The notes under the pieces are model-generated. The model was not told the DNA's origin. It was given only the letters and a program-made list of their open reading frames with translations, and searched no databases. DNA of 63,212 nucleotides, the filler included, from Octopus bimaculoides (Eukaryota), in the NCBI RefSeq assembly GCF_001194135.2. It is 7 parts of 6 records of this genome, joined end to end, with 100 filler letters (N's around TTAATTAATTAA, not from the genome) between each part and the next. Parts side by side here need not be neighbours in the genome. Positions count along the whole stretch, not along the records: positions 1 to 10,307 come from NC_069004.1; positions 10,408 to 18,390 come from NC_068986.1; 5 more parts are not named here. One strand, 5' to 3'. A program made the translations under genes and the position numbers. Below, in pieces: positions 1 to 12,560 of this stretch (positions are counted from its first letter, which is position 1; each line of letters starts with the position of its first letter).

Positions 1-10
1 TATATATATA

Positions 11-1304
11 TCATCATCAACATCATCGTTTCACATGCTGGTGTGGGTTGGATGGTTTGTCTGAGATCTGGAAAGCCAGAAGGCTGCACCACGCTCCAAT
101 CTGATCTACCAATGTTTCTACAGCTGGATGCCGTTCCTAATGCCAACCACTCCAAGAGTGTAGTGGGTGCTTTTTACGTGCCACTGGCATAAGAGCCTAT
201 CAGGGGACAGTGGCCACAGCTATGATTTGGGTTTTACTTGACTTGACAGGTCTTCTCAAACATATCATATTGTCTGACGCATCAAAGGTACTCTTGAATA
301 GACCAGACATGCAAAACTAGCATCGGCCATGGCTGTGATCTCACTTTAATTGCCGGGTTTTCTCAATCACAGCATAACTCCAAGGGTTTCAATCTCTTGT
401 CATTGCCTCTGTGAGGCCCAATGTTCGAAGGTCATACTTCACCACCTCATCCCATGTCTTCCTGGGTCTACCTCTTCCACAAGTTCTCTCCACTTTGGGT
501 GTGACACTTCTTCACCCAGCTTTCCTCATCCATACACAGCACATGACCATATCAGCACAGTCGTCTCTCTTGCACGCCACATCCGATGCTATTTATGTCC
601 AACTCTTCTCTAAGGCACTCACACTCTGTCTTGTATGCACACTGACATTACACATCCAGCAGATCATACTAGCTTCATTTCTTTCAAACCTACGCATGTC
701 CTCAGCAGTCATGGCCCATGTTTCACTGCCGTGCAGCATGGCAGTTCACACACATGCATCACACAATCTACCTTTCACCCTGAGCGAGAGGCCCTTTGTT
801 ACCAGCAGAGGTAGGAGCTCCCTAAACTTTACCCAGGCTATTCTTATTCTCACTGCTATGCTCTCTCAGAGCATCCAGCCACCACCACTACAGACTTGGT
901 CACCTAGGTAGCGGAAGCTATTGACTACTTCTAGTTTCTCCCCTTAGTATGTGATGGAATCTGTTTTCTGTACATCTTCGGTGCTTATTGCCCCTGTGCA
1001 TTTGCCACACACAAAAACTATCTTCCCCAGTTAGACTTCCTTTGATATTGCTGCTCCTTTTATGTGTCCATAGCTTACACTGGGTACATTGTATGGACTT
1101 TCTACCCACGCTTTTTCTACAGATTGAGCAGGGTCATCTACCTGAAGGGGATTGTGATTTGACTGCCTTCCTACTTAGTAAGACTTAGGTTTTTGCTAGG
1201 TTGACTCTAAGGCCCTTCGATTCTTGACCTTGCTTCCACAGCCTAAACTTCGTCTCTAGTTCTGGTAGAGACCTAGCTATTAGAGCGAGGTCATCAGCAT
1301 AGAG
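11..1304 (-). mobile_element. RTE-clade LINE, 5'-truncated 3' fragment (RT from YADD onward, C-terminus, 3' UTR, (ATG/CAT)n tail); degenerate
   Basis: Minus strand reads [10 protein letters not shown] (YADD 1290-1301), then LETKFRLWKQGQESKGLRVNLAKT, YLGDQV..GGGCSESI..RIRIAWVKFRELLPLL..GSETWAM..RNEASMI. It has stops and frameshifts. The 3' UTR motif cagctggatgccgttcctaatgccaacc is shared with 34772 and 44815. Confidence 0.9.
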
Positions 1305-1378
1305 GAAGGGAGAAAGAAGGCGAAGGAGAAGAGGAAAATGTATTTACACACACACAAACATGTATGTATATACATACA

Positions 1379-1467
<89 letters not shown>

Positions 1468-2336
1468 ATAGATGGATAGATAGATAGATGTGTATGATGA
1501 AGAAGGGAGAATCAAAGAAAATTGAAGACAGTAGAGAAAAAGTAGTAAAGATTGAGCAGTGGTGGGCGTAAGTATGAGGAGAGTGAGAGATATAAGAAAA
1601 TAGAGAGTTGTAAAGGTTATGAGTATAAGGAAGAGGAGGAGGAAAGAAGGAGCGATAAAGAGAGAGAGAGAAAGAAGGTAAATAGAGATTAGTTGAGATA
1701 GAAGGAGATTAAATGAGTGGATTAAAGAGATGTGGAGTGGGAAACGATAATGTTGAGTAGAGATAGAAGAGAGAAAGGGGCGAAAAAAGGGAAATTGCTT
1801 TTATGGCTGGAAGGAAATAGAAAGAAGAAAATGATATAAGATTATTGGAAAGAAAAGAGTTTGGGACATCGAAAATGTTTAAAAGTGGAGAGAGAGAGGG
1901 GGAGAGGGAGGGGGGTAGAGATTAAGGGGGTGACTGAAAAATTTAGGTGTCGGGGAAAAAAAGACTGGAAAGGTTTCGATGTAAAGAGATAGAGTAAGAA
2001 TAACAGAAATAGGGTGGAGAGCCACGGAAGGAGTGAAGGAGAATTGGCAGAGAGAAAAGAGAGAGAGAGAGAAATATGAGTGAACGGGGGCAGATTTAAG
2101 GGGTGGCCTGAGTGAATGAGCGCCTCGGAGATGGAATAGTGAACGAAAAGAGGAAAAGGAAGGAAACGAGAAAGAAATATCTTCTTCCTCTCTCACACTC
2201 ACATTCCTCACTCACACTCACACTCTCTCTTTACTCCCCATCTTCCTTTCACTGTCAACTTCTCACTCACTCACATTACCCTCCCCCCCATTCACTTTAT
2301 TTTCCCTCCCACCCACTTTCACTAACTATCTTTTAT

Positions 2337-2373
<37 letters not shown>

Positions 2374-2536
2374 TATATATAAACAGAGAGAGAGAGTGAG
2401 AAAAAGAGAGAGAATAGAATACTGTAAGATAATGTGAGTGAGAAATTGCTAGAAATGGGAAGTAGAGAGAGTGTGAGTGGAGAGTTGAGTGAGAGAGGGA
2501 GGAGGAAAACATAAGAGAGTAACCGACTGCGAGATG

Positions 2537-2577
<41 letters not shown>

Positions 2578-4382
2578 TAGAATTAGAGTGAAACTCTGAG
2601 TGAAGGCTGCGAAAAATAAATACAAAAGAGAAAATAGAAAAGAAAAAAGAGGAGTGGGTGTTGAGTGGAAGACGTGAATGAAGAATAGAAAGTGGATAGG
2701 AGGGAGGGAGGGAGGATCTCTAATCAGTCAGTAAAGGAAGAGAGAGAGAAAAAGAGGAAAGAAAATTAGAAAGGTTAAACGTGTTGTGTTTGTGAGAGAG
2801 GTGGAGCTGAGAGAGAAAGAGAGAAAGAGGGAGGAGAAAAGACGATTTACTTTAAGGAGTGGGGGTGGAGTTGAATGAAGAAGGAAGCGGAGGAAGGAGG
2901 GGTGGGGAGAGTGAATTAAAGAGGAGCTGGATGGGAGAGTTGAGTAGGGTCGGAGGTGTTAAGCGTAATGTTGAACTCTTACTCACACTCATGATACGAA
3001 ACAATAGCATACAAAAATATATACACACATGCACTCATCTCCTGACATAGGACACACACACACACACACACACACGTGAATATATATATATATGAATATC
3101 TATATATCTATATATACACACACACAGATGCAAAGTGGAAGTGGTAGGAGGATGTGAGGGTGACATAAGGAAAAGAGGAGGTGAAAAAAACGAGTGCGCC
3201 TGCGCTGTGACACTTGCTCACGCATGCTTGATTGCGTTGCACAGCTTGGCTTGCTTTGACATTATATTATGCTCGGTTTGGGCACAAGGAATTCCCTTCG
3301 GATATCCCCCAAGCTTGAATGAAATGAGTGATGCGGCCAGGGAAAATGCCTAAAGTAATCTAAATCGCTCCGCCCTCCCGCCGTCTCCAGTTATCATTTT
3401 CCTTTCTCTTCTTCTTTCATTTTACTCGCCTTTTAAGTGTAATTGTTTCTCTCTTTCTTTCTATTTTCTCTTTGTAATTTCACTTTTTAATTTTAATCTC
3501 TCTCACTCATTTCTCCCTCCCCCCTCTCTCTCTCTCTCTCCCTTTATAATCATCCTAAGCTAATAATTTCTCTCTCTCAAATTTCTCAATCTATCTAATT
3601 GCTTTCTCTCTAACTTCATAGTCTTTCTAATTTCACATTAAACTGATTTTTCCCCCACCTCGTTTTTTTTTAATCCTTTTCTCTGGCCCTTCACTTATTC
3701 CTCTCTTTCTTTCTCCTTTTCTCCCCTTCTTCACTCATTAACCAATTGTTTTCTTATTCACTTTGGTCTTTCTGCCGAGAAAACAAAAATCCTTCGTCCT
3801 ATTGTTTTTGTTTTCATTTTCTTTCTTTTAAATTACTTTCTCGTTTCAGATTTTTAAAGCAATTCTTTAATAATTTTTGGTGTTTTTTTTTTGCAGAGGG
3901 GAGGGGGGGTGACAAAGGGAGGGGGGTTTCTTTCACTGTTGTTGTCCTTTTCATTTGTCGTTTCCGTTTCTTTCATCGCCCCCCCCCCACTATCCTCGTC
4001 ATCTTGACCAGCATCGTCGTCGCTGTCTTCCGCATCACAACAATCATAATCATTGTCATTATATAGGATTTGTTTCGGAAATTCCGTGTGTGCGCGCGCG
4101 TGCGGCAGTACGTGTCTCATTTAGTGAATATGGTAGGAGTGGACGGTGTTGTACAAAAAGTTTTTTGCAGTTATTTCTAGTTTTTATCGGACAAACAAAC
4201 ACACACTTAAACACGCTTAAACGCACACAAACACACACACATCAACACAGACACAAACGAACACACCCACATACAAAATACAAACAAATGCACGTCCGTA
4301 TAAACACCACCGCAAACACGTATGCACACATTCGACAAATACATGCGTCGGTCAAAATGCGGTTTTTAGTCTGGGAGCTTTA

Positions 4383-4515
4383 TGTTCTGAGTTAAAATTC
4401 CACCGTGGTCCACTTGGTCTTTCATCTTGTTGGGGTCGATGAAATAAAGTACCAATCAAATACTGAGGTGAATGTAATTGACTGAGGACCCCGACCCCCC
4501 AAGAAATTTGCTTAA
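4383..4515 (+). mobile_element. tRNA-derived SINE family B fragment
   Basis: gttctgagttaaaattccaccgtggtccacttggtctttcatcttgttggggtcgatgaaataaagtacc aligns by eye to the copies at 19855 and 20087. Confidence 0.6.
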
Positions 4516-4559
4516 ATTAGAAGCGACTATATAGTCAGTTTAATAAATCCAACACACAC

Positions 4560-4647
<88 letters not shown>

Positions 4648-5189
4648 TGATGTGATAGTTTCTTTGTGGTCGCAAGAAATGCCAACCAAATCTGGCCGAA
4701 ATCACACCCTACCATCTTCCAAAGAAAGGACAGATAGGGGAACGTAATTTTAGAGAGAATGCTTCGTTCAGGGTCCACTTCGGATAAACAAGAACAAAGA
4801 CAAGTTGAAATTATGACAAAAAACAATAAACATGCACACACAAAATACGAACCCGCGCCGCGCGCATACCTCCCCCATTTATATCTCCGTCTCTCTCCCG
4901 CCTTCCATCCCTCCTTCACCTCTCTCTCTCTCTCTTTCCCTTTCTCTCCCCTCCTCTCTCTCTCTCTCTCATGCACACAAGCACTTTTCTTTTTTTCATG
5001 TCCGCTGTCACACACACATACACACGCAAACACGAGTCTGGTGTGTGTAAAGAGGGTAATAAATCGTAGATCGATGGATAGCTTCCATCCACACCTCCAT
5101 CTCTCTCTCTCTCTCTCTTCCATTATTGATAAAATCAGCGGAAGTGACACAGAAAGCGTGTGGACGCAGCACAGGGAAATTTCTCTTTG

Positions 5190-6146
5190 ACGTCGCGATG
5201 TTTCGAAAGAAGATTACTCGTCTCGTATTCGGGTGGCAGTTTGATTCCGGAAGTCCTTAGATCTCGGGGTACAAGCACTCCCCTTAGCCCCGAATATTAA
5301 ATCGGTGGAACGCCAGCGAAGGCGACCCTTCAGGCTAATGACCGTTTAGGTTTCGATACTGCGACCTTTCTATTTTTAAACGCCAAGGCGGGGTGCGAGT
5401 TGGAGGGTGGCGTGCAAAAGCCTCAAAACCTTCTCAGACAAATCCAACTGTCTGACAGGTACCGATGAAATTTCACAAATGTGTTAGCGTCGACATGGGA
5501 CAATCAGTGCGTGTCATCCGGATTGAACCTAGATAGAGTCTTTTGTTAGGTAGGTAGATAGAACTAGTATAAGATGTTCACACTTGAAACTGGTCGATTA
5601 CATAGGCCACAAATTTGTGATCTGCATTGTTGACTTAGATAGGACCTGGTAACTGGAAGTTGAATGCACAGGCAAGTGAACTACTGAATTAGTGAAACGG
5701 CAGTTGACTAGAGCAATCGTCAATTAGATCATAACATAAAAGCATTTCGTAAAGAACTGACAATAGAAAGAAACAGATTGGAATCGGACGCAATTAGTAA
5801 CTGTATTGCAGCCCATGGGCTCGAGGAATGAATGGCTATCGACTGTTTCTTTAATATAAAACAATCCGGGAGCGTGTGACAGCTTTCCAGCAGCACTTCA
5901 CCGGACCGTTCGGGTAGGTGATCTATCAAAACCTACCACGACGGCCGCCTGACATGGCTCTCGGCAAAAGATGCGAGGCGCTGCCGATGACAGTAGGGTG
6001 GCACGATGAATGCATTTTGACCAAATTTAATGTCGAACGGTTGAAGGACATCCTTTTCCAACACGGAAGGACGACCGTGTCGGTGTATGCAGATGACGTC
6101 ATCACCAAGGTGTCGAATCCCACCGAAGTGAAAACAATCGGTACCA
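5190..6146 (+). mobile_element. L1/Tx1-like LINE relic, 5' part (APE endonuclease, linker, RT YADD region; internally deleted)
   Basis: Frameshifted translation gives RKSLDLGVQAL..FRLMTV, CKSLK.LLRQIQLSDRYR, LDRVFC, GHKFVICIVDLDR, PGNWKLNA, KELTIERNRLE and TTVSVYADDVITKVS. These match the Tx1-type APE/RT motif order. Confidence 0.75.
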
Positions 6147-7487
6147 TCTATATATATAAAAATGAGAATGTGTGTCTGTCTGTCTGTGTGAATCTCTAAA
6201 ACTCGAGAACTACGCAACCAATTTCATTCAAATTTTACACATGCCTTACTTAGGGTTCCAGATGTGTTTTAGTCAAAAAAAAATTATTAACTTCTTGCAG
6301 AGTTCGAGCACACGGCAACATAATATCTCCTCCACTATTTAAGTATTACGTGTCAAAAGTGAAACAAAAACACTCATGTCAAATACTTTCACTTTAAAAA
6401 TGAAACTATTCCACTAACTGAAACAATCACATTTCGATACTGTAGTGACAGATACTTNNNNNNNNNNNNNNNNNNNNNNNNNNNNNNNNNNNNNNNNNNN
6501 NNNNNNNNNNNNNNNNNNNNNNNNNNNNNNNNNNNNNNNNNNNNNNNNNNNNNNNNNNNNNNNNNNNNNNNNNNNNNNNNNNNNNNNNNNNNNNNNNNNN
6601 NNNNNNNNNNNNNNNNNNNNNNNNNNNNNNNNNNNNNNNNNNNNNNNNNNNNNNNNNNNNNNNNNNNNNNNNNNNNNNNNNNNNNNNNNNNNNNNNNNNN
6701 NNNNNNNNNNNNNNNNNNNNNNNNNNNNNNNNNNNNNNNNNNNNNNNNNNNNNNNNNNNNNNNNNNNNNNNNNNNNNNNNNNNNNNNNNNNNNNNNNNNN
6801 NNNNNNNNNNNNNNNNNNNNNNNNNNNNNNNNNNNNNNNNNNNNNNNNNNNNNNNNNNNNNNNNNNNNNNNNNNNNNNNNNNNNNNNNNNNNNNNNNNNN
6901 NNNNNNNNNNNNNNNNNNNNNNNNNNNNNNNNNNNNNNNNNNNNNNNNNNNNNNNNNNNNNNNNNNNNNNNNNNNNNNNNNNNNNNNNNNNNNNNNNNNN
7001 NNNNNNNNNNNNNNNNNNNNNNNNNNNNNNNNNNNNNNNNNNNNNNNNNNNNNNNNNNNNNNNNNNNNNNNNNNNNNNNNNNNNNNNNNNNNNNNNNNNN
7101 NNNNNNNNNNNNNNNNNNNNNNNNNNNNNNNNNNNNNNNNNNNNATAACAGATGAGCATTATTTAGAAAATGATGTCACACGTTATCGAGGCTACCACTC
7201 TTTCTGGATGTGCAAAAGGGGATGACGTCTTTATTCCAAGAATTCCTCTTACTCCATCAGGAGCAGACATTCCTTTTACATTCAGAAGACTACAATTCCC
7301 CCTTCGTGTGACTTTTGCCATGTCCATAAACAAATCTCAGGGTCAAACACTGTCTGTAGCTGGTCTTCTCTTGGAAGAGCCCTGCTTCTCACATGGACAA
7401 CTGTATGTTGGCTGCTCAAGAGTGGGCAGCAACAAAAAACCTATTTGTATATGCTCCACAAGGGAAAACAAGGAACATAGTTTCCAA
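6147..7487 (+). mobile_element. Helitron, internally deleted, inserted in the Tx1 LINE; carries the C-terminus of the PIF1-like RepHel helicase
   Basis: Starts TC at 6147-6148 after host A6146 (a|tctatatatataaaaatgagaatgtgtgtctgtc). After the gap 6458-7144 it reads IPRIPLTPS..FRRLQFPLRVTFAMSINKSQGQTL..EPCFSHGQLYVGCSRVG..LFVYAPQGKTRNIV, i.e. helicase motifs V/VI. Confidence 0.85.
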
Positions 7488-7730
7488 TTCTAAATATTAG
7501 GAGACAATGGAAGAGGCTGAAACCAACCAGGACAAATCAGGAGCTTATAATTTGGTACCTGCAAAGGCAGGCCCCAATCAGGCGGTCAACGCTGTGAAGC
7601 GCTGGACCGGAACTGGTAATGAGAAGGGTGCGCAGTTTTGCCCAAGAATGATCTGGGGGAGAAATTGACCTTCAAAGGTCGGGCTGAGGTAGCATAGAGG
7701 GGAGTGCAGTGTTGTTTCGGAAAGGTAACG
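7488..7730 (+). mobile_element. L1/Tx1-like LINE relic, continuation of the RT after the Helitron
   Basis: Reads KY*ETMEEAETNQDKS, L*FGTCKGRP, KRWT and RKLTFKGRAEVA, the residues expected just downstream of YADD in Tx1-type RTs. Confidence 0.7.
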
Positions 7731-7807
7731 GATATCGATAATAGATACGGATATTTTATCCCTTAGTCGGTTACTATAACTGCTAAATCTGTTTATATAT
7801 ATCTATG

Positions 7808-7890
7808 TATATATGTATGTATATATATGATGGGCTTCTTTCAGTTTCCGTCTAGCAAATTCACTCACGTGGCTTTGGTCGGCCCAAGGC
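7808..7890 (-). mobile_element. tRNA-derived SINE family A, central fragment
   Basis: gggcttctttcagtttccgtctagcaaattcactcac..ttggtcggcccaaggctgtagttgaag is near-identical to 26085-26160. Confidence 0.75.
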
Positions 7891-8033
7891 TGTAGTTGAA
7901 GGCACTCTTTAAAGTATAGAGGTGAATTTCGTGTAGACACCTCCTCTCTCTCATTTTGCCATTCACTTCTTTGAAGTGTGACACACGCGGCAGGTACGTA
8001 CAAAAAGAACGAAATGGCATAGCAATACTGATA

Positions 8034-8105
<72 letters not shown>

Positions 8106-8677
8106 AGCCTATATCTTATACGGCTTAACATTGATAGTAAAGATTACAAAAAAAAAAAACAATTGCTTTATTCTGTTTTCTTTCCTTTCTCACTTCCTTC
8201 CATATTTTCTCCATTTTTCTTTTCTCTTTTATTTTGATATATTTCTCTTTTTTTTCCTCCTCATCTTCCTTCTACCGTTTCTTTCTCTTTCTTTTCCTCT
8301 TCTCATTTCACCCGAACAAAGCCGAGATTAGTAGAGACGTTGTCTGCTGCTCTTAGTATACATACATGCATGCATACATACATTCATACATACACACGTG
8401 CGTGCGTGTACACACACACACACACACACACACAGCCCCGTTTCAATAAATAATATCTATGTAGCGAGGTTTGGTGTAAATAACAGACGACAATTTTCAT
8501 CATTAGCCAACAAGAAAATCCTTCGGGGCAAAATACTCTTCCCAAAGCAACTTTATTCCGTCCCCACCATCATCTCATCGTCATAACATTCTCCATTCTC
8601 TCTCTCTCTCCAAACCCGTATCAGCCAGCATGAGGTTTATATTCTTTTATTTCATAAATCTGTTGTTATGTTTTGTA

Positions 8678-8741
<64 letters not shown>

Positions 8742-9659
8742 GACAAACCAATCAACTACATCCATTGTTGTTTAATATTTTATAAACGGAGAGGAAAACA
8801 CACACACACGAAGACAAAGATGCACAAATATAGAAACGCCGAGAACAACCGACATGTCCATAGGAAACAAACTANNNNNNNNNNNNNNNNNNNNNNNNNN
8901 NNNNNNNNNNNNNNNNNNNNNNNNNNNNNNNNNNNNNNNNNNNNNNNNNNNNNNNNNNNNNNNNNNNNNNNNNNNNNNNNNNNNNNNNNNNNNNNNNNNN
9001 NNNNNNNNNNNNNNNNNNNNNNNNNNNNNNNNNNNNNNNNNNNNNNNNNNNNNNNNNNNNNNNNNNNNNNNNNNNNNNNNNNNNNNNNNNNNNNNNNNNN
9101 NNNNNNNNNNNNNNNNNNNNNNNNNNNNNNNNNNNNNNNNNNNNNNNNNNNNNNNNNNNNNNNNNNNNNNNNNNNNNNNNNNNNNNNNNNNNNNNNNNNN
9201 NNNNNNNNNNNNNNNNNNNNNNNNNNNNNNNNNNNNNNNNNNNNNNNNNNNNNNNNNNNNNNNNNNNNNNNNNNNNNNNNNNNNNNNNNNNNNNNNNNNN
9301 NNNNNNNNNNNNNNNNNNNNNNNNNNNNNNNNNNNNNNNNNNNNNNNNNNNNNNNNNNNNNNNNNNNNNNNNNNNNNNNNNNNNNNNNNNNNNNNNNNNN
9401 NNNNNNNNNNNNNNNNNNNNNNNNNNNNNNNNNNNNNNNNNNNNNNNNNNNNNNNNNNNNNNNNNNNNNNNNNNNNNNNNNNNNNNNNNNNNNNNNNNNN
9501 NNNNNNNNNNNNNNNNNNNNNNNNNNNNNNNNNNNNNNNNNNNNNNNNNNNNNNNNNNNNNNNNNNNNNNNNCACCATAAGGCCAAACACCCTTATGAGT
9601 GAGAAACCCAGGGTAACCACATAAACCGGCCTCCCCCATTATATATATATATATATATA

Positions 9660-10190
9660 TAAAGTTATTTTATTCTACATGGGTAGAAATACAGAAAAAA
9701 ATAGAAGTTAAAAATGCAATGAAAATAGTTAGATTTTTAAAATTATATTTAAAGGTTTAATCGGTTTCACAGTTTACACTGATTTTCAAAAGTTGAGATA
9801 AAAAGACGTGGCTTATGCCGCAACTGTCTTGCTTCTGACTAGCGTTTGAAGCTTTTCCTCTACTTTTTAAAGATTTTCTTTTTATCAGTTTTTCTTCAGA
9901 CACACATTATGCCACGGAAAAGGAAGTCCACTTATGAAAATACTCCACATGTACATAGGAGGAAGCTTCGTCGTCAATCTGAAAGCTGTGATGCAACGGA
10001 CGAACGACTTTCTGGACAAAGAGAGAAGCAAACTGAGTCTCGGCAAAATGAAACCTTTGGTGAGCGTCAAGAAAAGACAGGAGCAACATATATTTTCGCC
10101 ATATAGTTGCAAGAAGAAATGAATCTGAAGAAGATAGACAAGAGCGTTTTATTACTGATAGAAACAGGTATCAGCTCTTTTCCCTCTACA
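9660..10190 (+). mobile_element. Probable Helitron 5' region with the RepHel N-terminus (STPR-like repeats), frameshifted
   Basis: ATG at about 9909: MPRKRKSTYENTPHVHRRKLRRQSESCDATDERLSGQREKQTESRQNETFGERQE, then with frameshifts RHIVARRNESEEDRQERFITDRNRYQ. Repeated R.(N/S)E(S/T)..(E/D)R..RL units are typical of animal Helitron N-termini. Confidence 0.55.
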
Positions 10191-10351
10191 TATTCCATTT
10201 TAGTACATATTTTTCATAAGGTTTTTCAAAAACCGAAACATGTAAATGTATTTATACAAAGGAAAATTAAAATGTACCCAATTTTAAGAAAGTAGCATTT
10301 TCGTTCTNNNNNNNNNNNNNNNNNNNNNNNNNNNNNNNNNNNNNNNNNNNN

Positions 10352-10363
10352 TTAATTAATTAA
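10352..10363. other. Assembly join spacer TTAATTAATTAA between 44-N pads (also 18435-18446, 39346-39357, 50511-50522, 58851-58862, 60934-60945)
   Basis: The same 12-mer occurs six times, always inside N runs. It has stop codons in all six frames and produces the artefactual ...LIN ORF ends. Confidence 0.95.
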
Positions 10364-10456
10364 NNNNNNNNNNNNNNNNNNNNNNNNNNNNNNNNNNNNN
10401 NNNNNNNCTGTATGTACACACACACGCATACGATATATATATATATATATATATAT

Positions 10457-10519
<63 letters not shown>

Positions 10520-10600
10520 TGTGTGTGTGTGTGTGTGTATGTATATATACATATACATATATATACATATGTACATGTATGAATGCATATATATATATAC

Positions 10601-10665
<65 letters not shown>

Positions 10666-11399
10666 CATTTACATATCTACATGTGTGTGTGAGTGTGTGT
10701 ATGTGCATGTGTATGCATGCAAGGTACTGTGCGTGTGTTTGTGTGTGTGTGCGTGTATGTGTACGTGAGTGTGTGTGCATGCGTGTGTGGATTCTGAATT
10801 AGTTTTGAGAGAGAAAATAACGGAGAGAATCATATGAAAAAAATTTTTTGGAAAAAAAAAAAGAAAAACAGAAAAGAAACCAAAAAGTCAGAAAGGTGAG
10901 ATACAAAAGTAATTGTTGAATTGCATGGTTGAGAATGAGGAACGAACCTGTATAGAAGAGACATGAATCATTGATGTGGAACGAGTTGAAAGCAACTTAA
11001 CATCCACCATATGTCCAACATGCGCTGTTCAGCCAGCGGAACCGACATTTCATTGAAGATATGTGAACTAAACATTTCCAGTGAAGCATTAAAGGGTTGT
11101 GATGGTTGTACAGCTCTTAGGGCTTGTTGTTGTTGTTGTTGTTGTTGTTGTGGTGGTGGTGGTGGTGGTGATGCTGGTTGTAATTATTTGTTGTGGTGAT
11201 GGTGGCAGTAGTGTTGATAATGGTGGGGTTGGCGCTGGTGGCAATGATGGTGGAGGTAATAGTTGTAGTAATGGTCGAATAGAGGGTGGTTGTTGTGTAG
11301 GTGATAATTGTGGAAGTTGTAGTGGTGGTGGTGGTGGTTGCGGCTGTGGTGGTAATAGTAGTTCAGTAATACTGATAAATCCTATATTCTTTCGACTCA

Positions 11400-11720
11400 C
11401 TGACTACAGAACCGCGGTAACCCGCTCAAGGTGCACATCGATGTCACTCTTCTCCAGTTTGTCTTGAAACTGCTCTGGTCTTCTCGTAGGAATATTCCTT
11501 CATTTAATGGTGAGTAAAGCAATCATTCAAATAACCGATGGCCCAATTCGCACACAATGACCAGCCTACCGAAGCTAATTTCGTGGAATCATAGCACCAA
11601 TGCCAGAGCTGTTGGCTTGCCCCTAGCACGCTAACTCTAATCACTCTTTTCCCGTCCCTTATCTGCAGCATAGGGTTCCTTAGACTTATCCGATGGTGTC
11701 CTCAGATTATCGAGATGTCA
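11400..11720 (-). mobile_element. Possible highly decayed L1/Tx1 APE fragment
   Basis: Minus-strand pieces RVSVLG, FGRLVIVC, LLYSP and DVHLERV resemble APE motif order, but only with several frameshifts. Confidence 0.3.
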
Positions 11721-12560
11721 CTAATAACTTGGTTTGGTCTTAGAGATGTGCAGGAAACTAAATATAACAACTTCATACATTCTAAGCTGAGCTGTTTGTC
11801 ACAGACCATCTTCTTCCTGTACCTGTCTTCTCAGCCGACCAAGGGTTACCATGGTATATTTTATCCAGGGTTCGATCCCCCCACCCCACTGCTTGGTGAT
11901 GGCCCAAACATTGAAAGGACGTGATGTTTTCCACCAACTGCTTGCGTGTGTGTGTGTGTGTGGTAGCGATAGGCACGTGGATTCTTCAGATTTGCTTAGT
12001 CATGTCTGTGTGAAAGCATTTGGTAATTGTCTATAGTCACAGAAACTATGGCGCCACCTATGAAATGACGTTATCGATGATGGAGTTTTGTTATTTGTTC
12101 CGACACGGAATCTTCCAGGCTGGAACCGGCGTTTTATTTGTATGGTATGAAACTTGAACGCTAGAGGAATGTTTCCCCATGGAGAGCTCGAGTCTAACTG
12201 AGAAGACACAAAAGAAGATGAGAGACAATTACGTAGCCTTGTCGTATTTTCAATATGTCTTCATTTCAAATTGATCTCTTATTGAAGATTGGGCGTGGTG
12301 GGAGGGGGGAACCGTTTTCGCTCTCCTGTGTAGATTGGTTGGAAAGAATTGACTGAGGCATTGACAGAAAGTGATAGATTTGATTGAAAGATATTGGCTG
12401 AATGATTGGCAGATACGGGTGGAGTATTTGGCCGAAATTGGTAGACTGATCGACAGATATTACGAGGTGGTTGGCAGATACTGATAAAATGATTGGTAGA
12501 TATTGGAAGAGTAATTGGCATAAATTAGTTGAGTGATTTGGCAGATATTGGTAGGGATTG

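Noticed and set aside
5190-5520. CpG-rich stretch with CCGGAAGT as a CpG-island promoter
   Set aside because: It translates as the APE domain of the Tx1-like LINE.
11458-11509. Candidate 52-nt exon (ctccag|...|gtgagt; FVLKLLWSSRRNIPSFN)
   Set aside because: The peptide is unrecognised, there are no partner exons, and it overlaps a probable LINE relic on the opposite strand.
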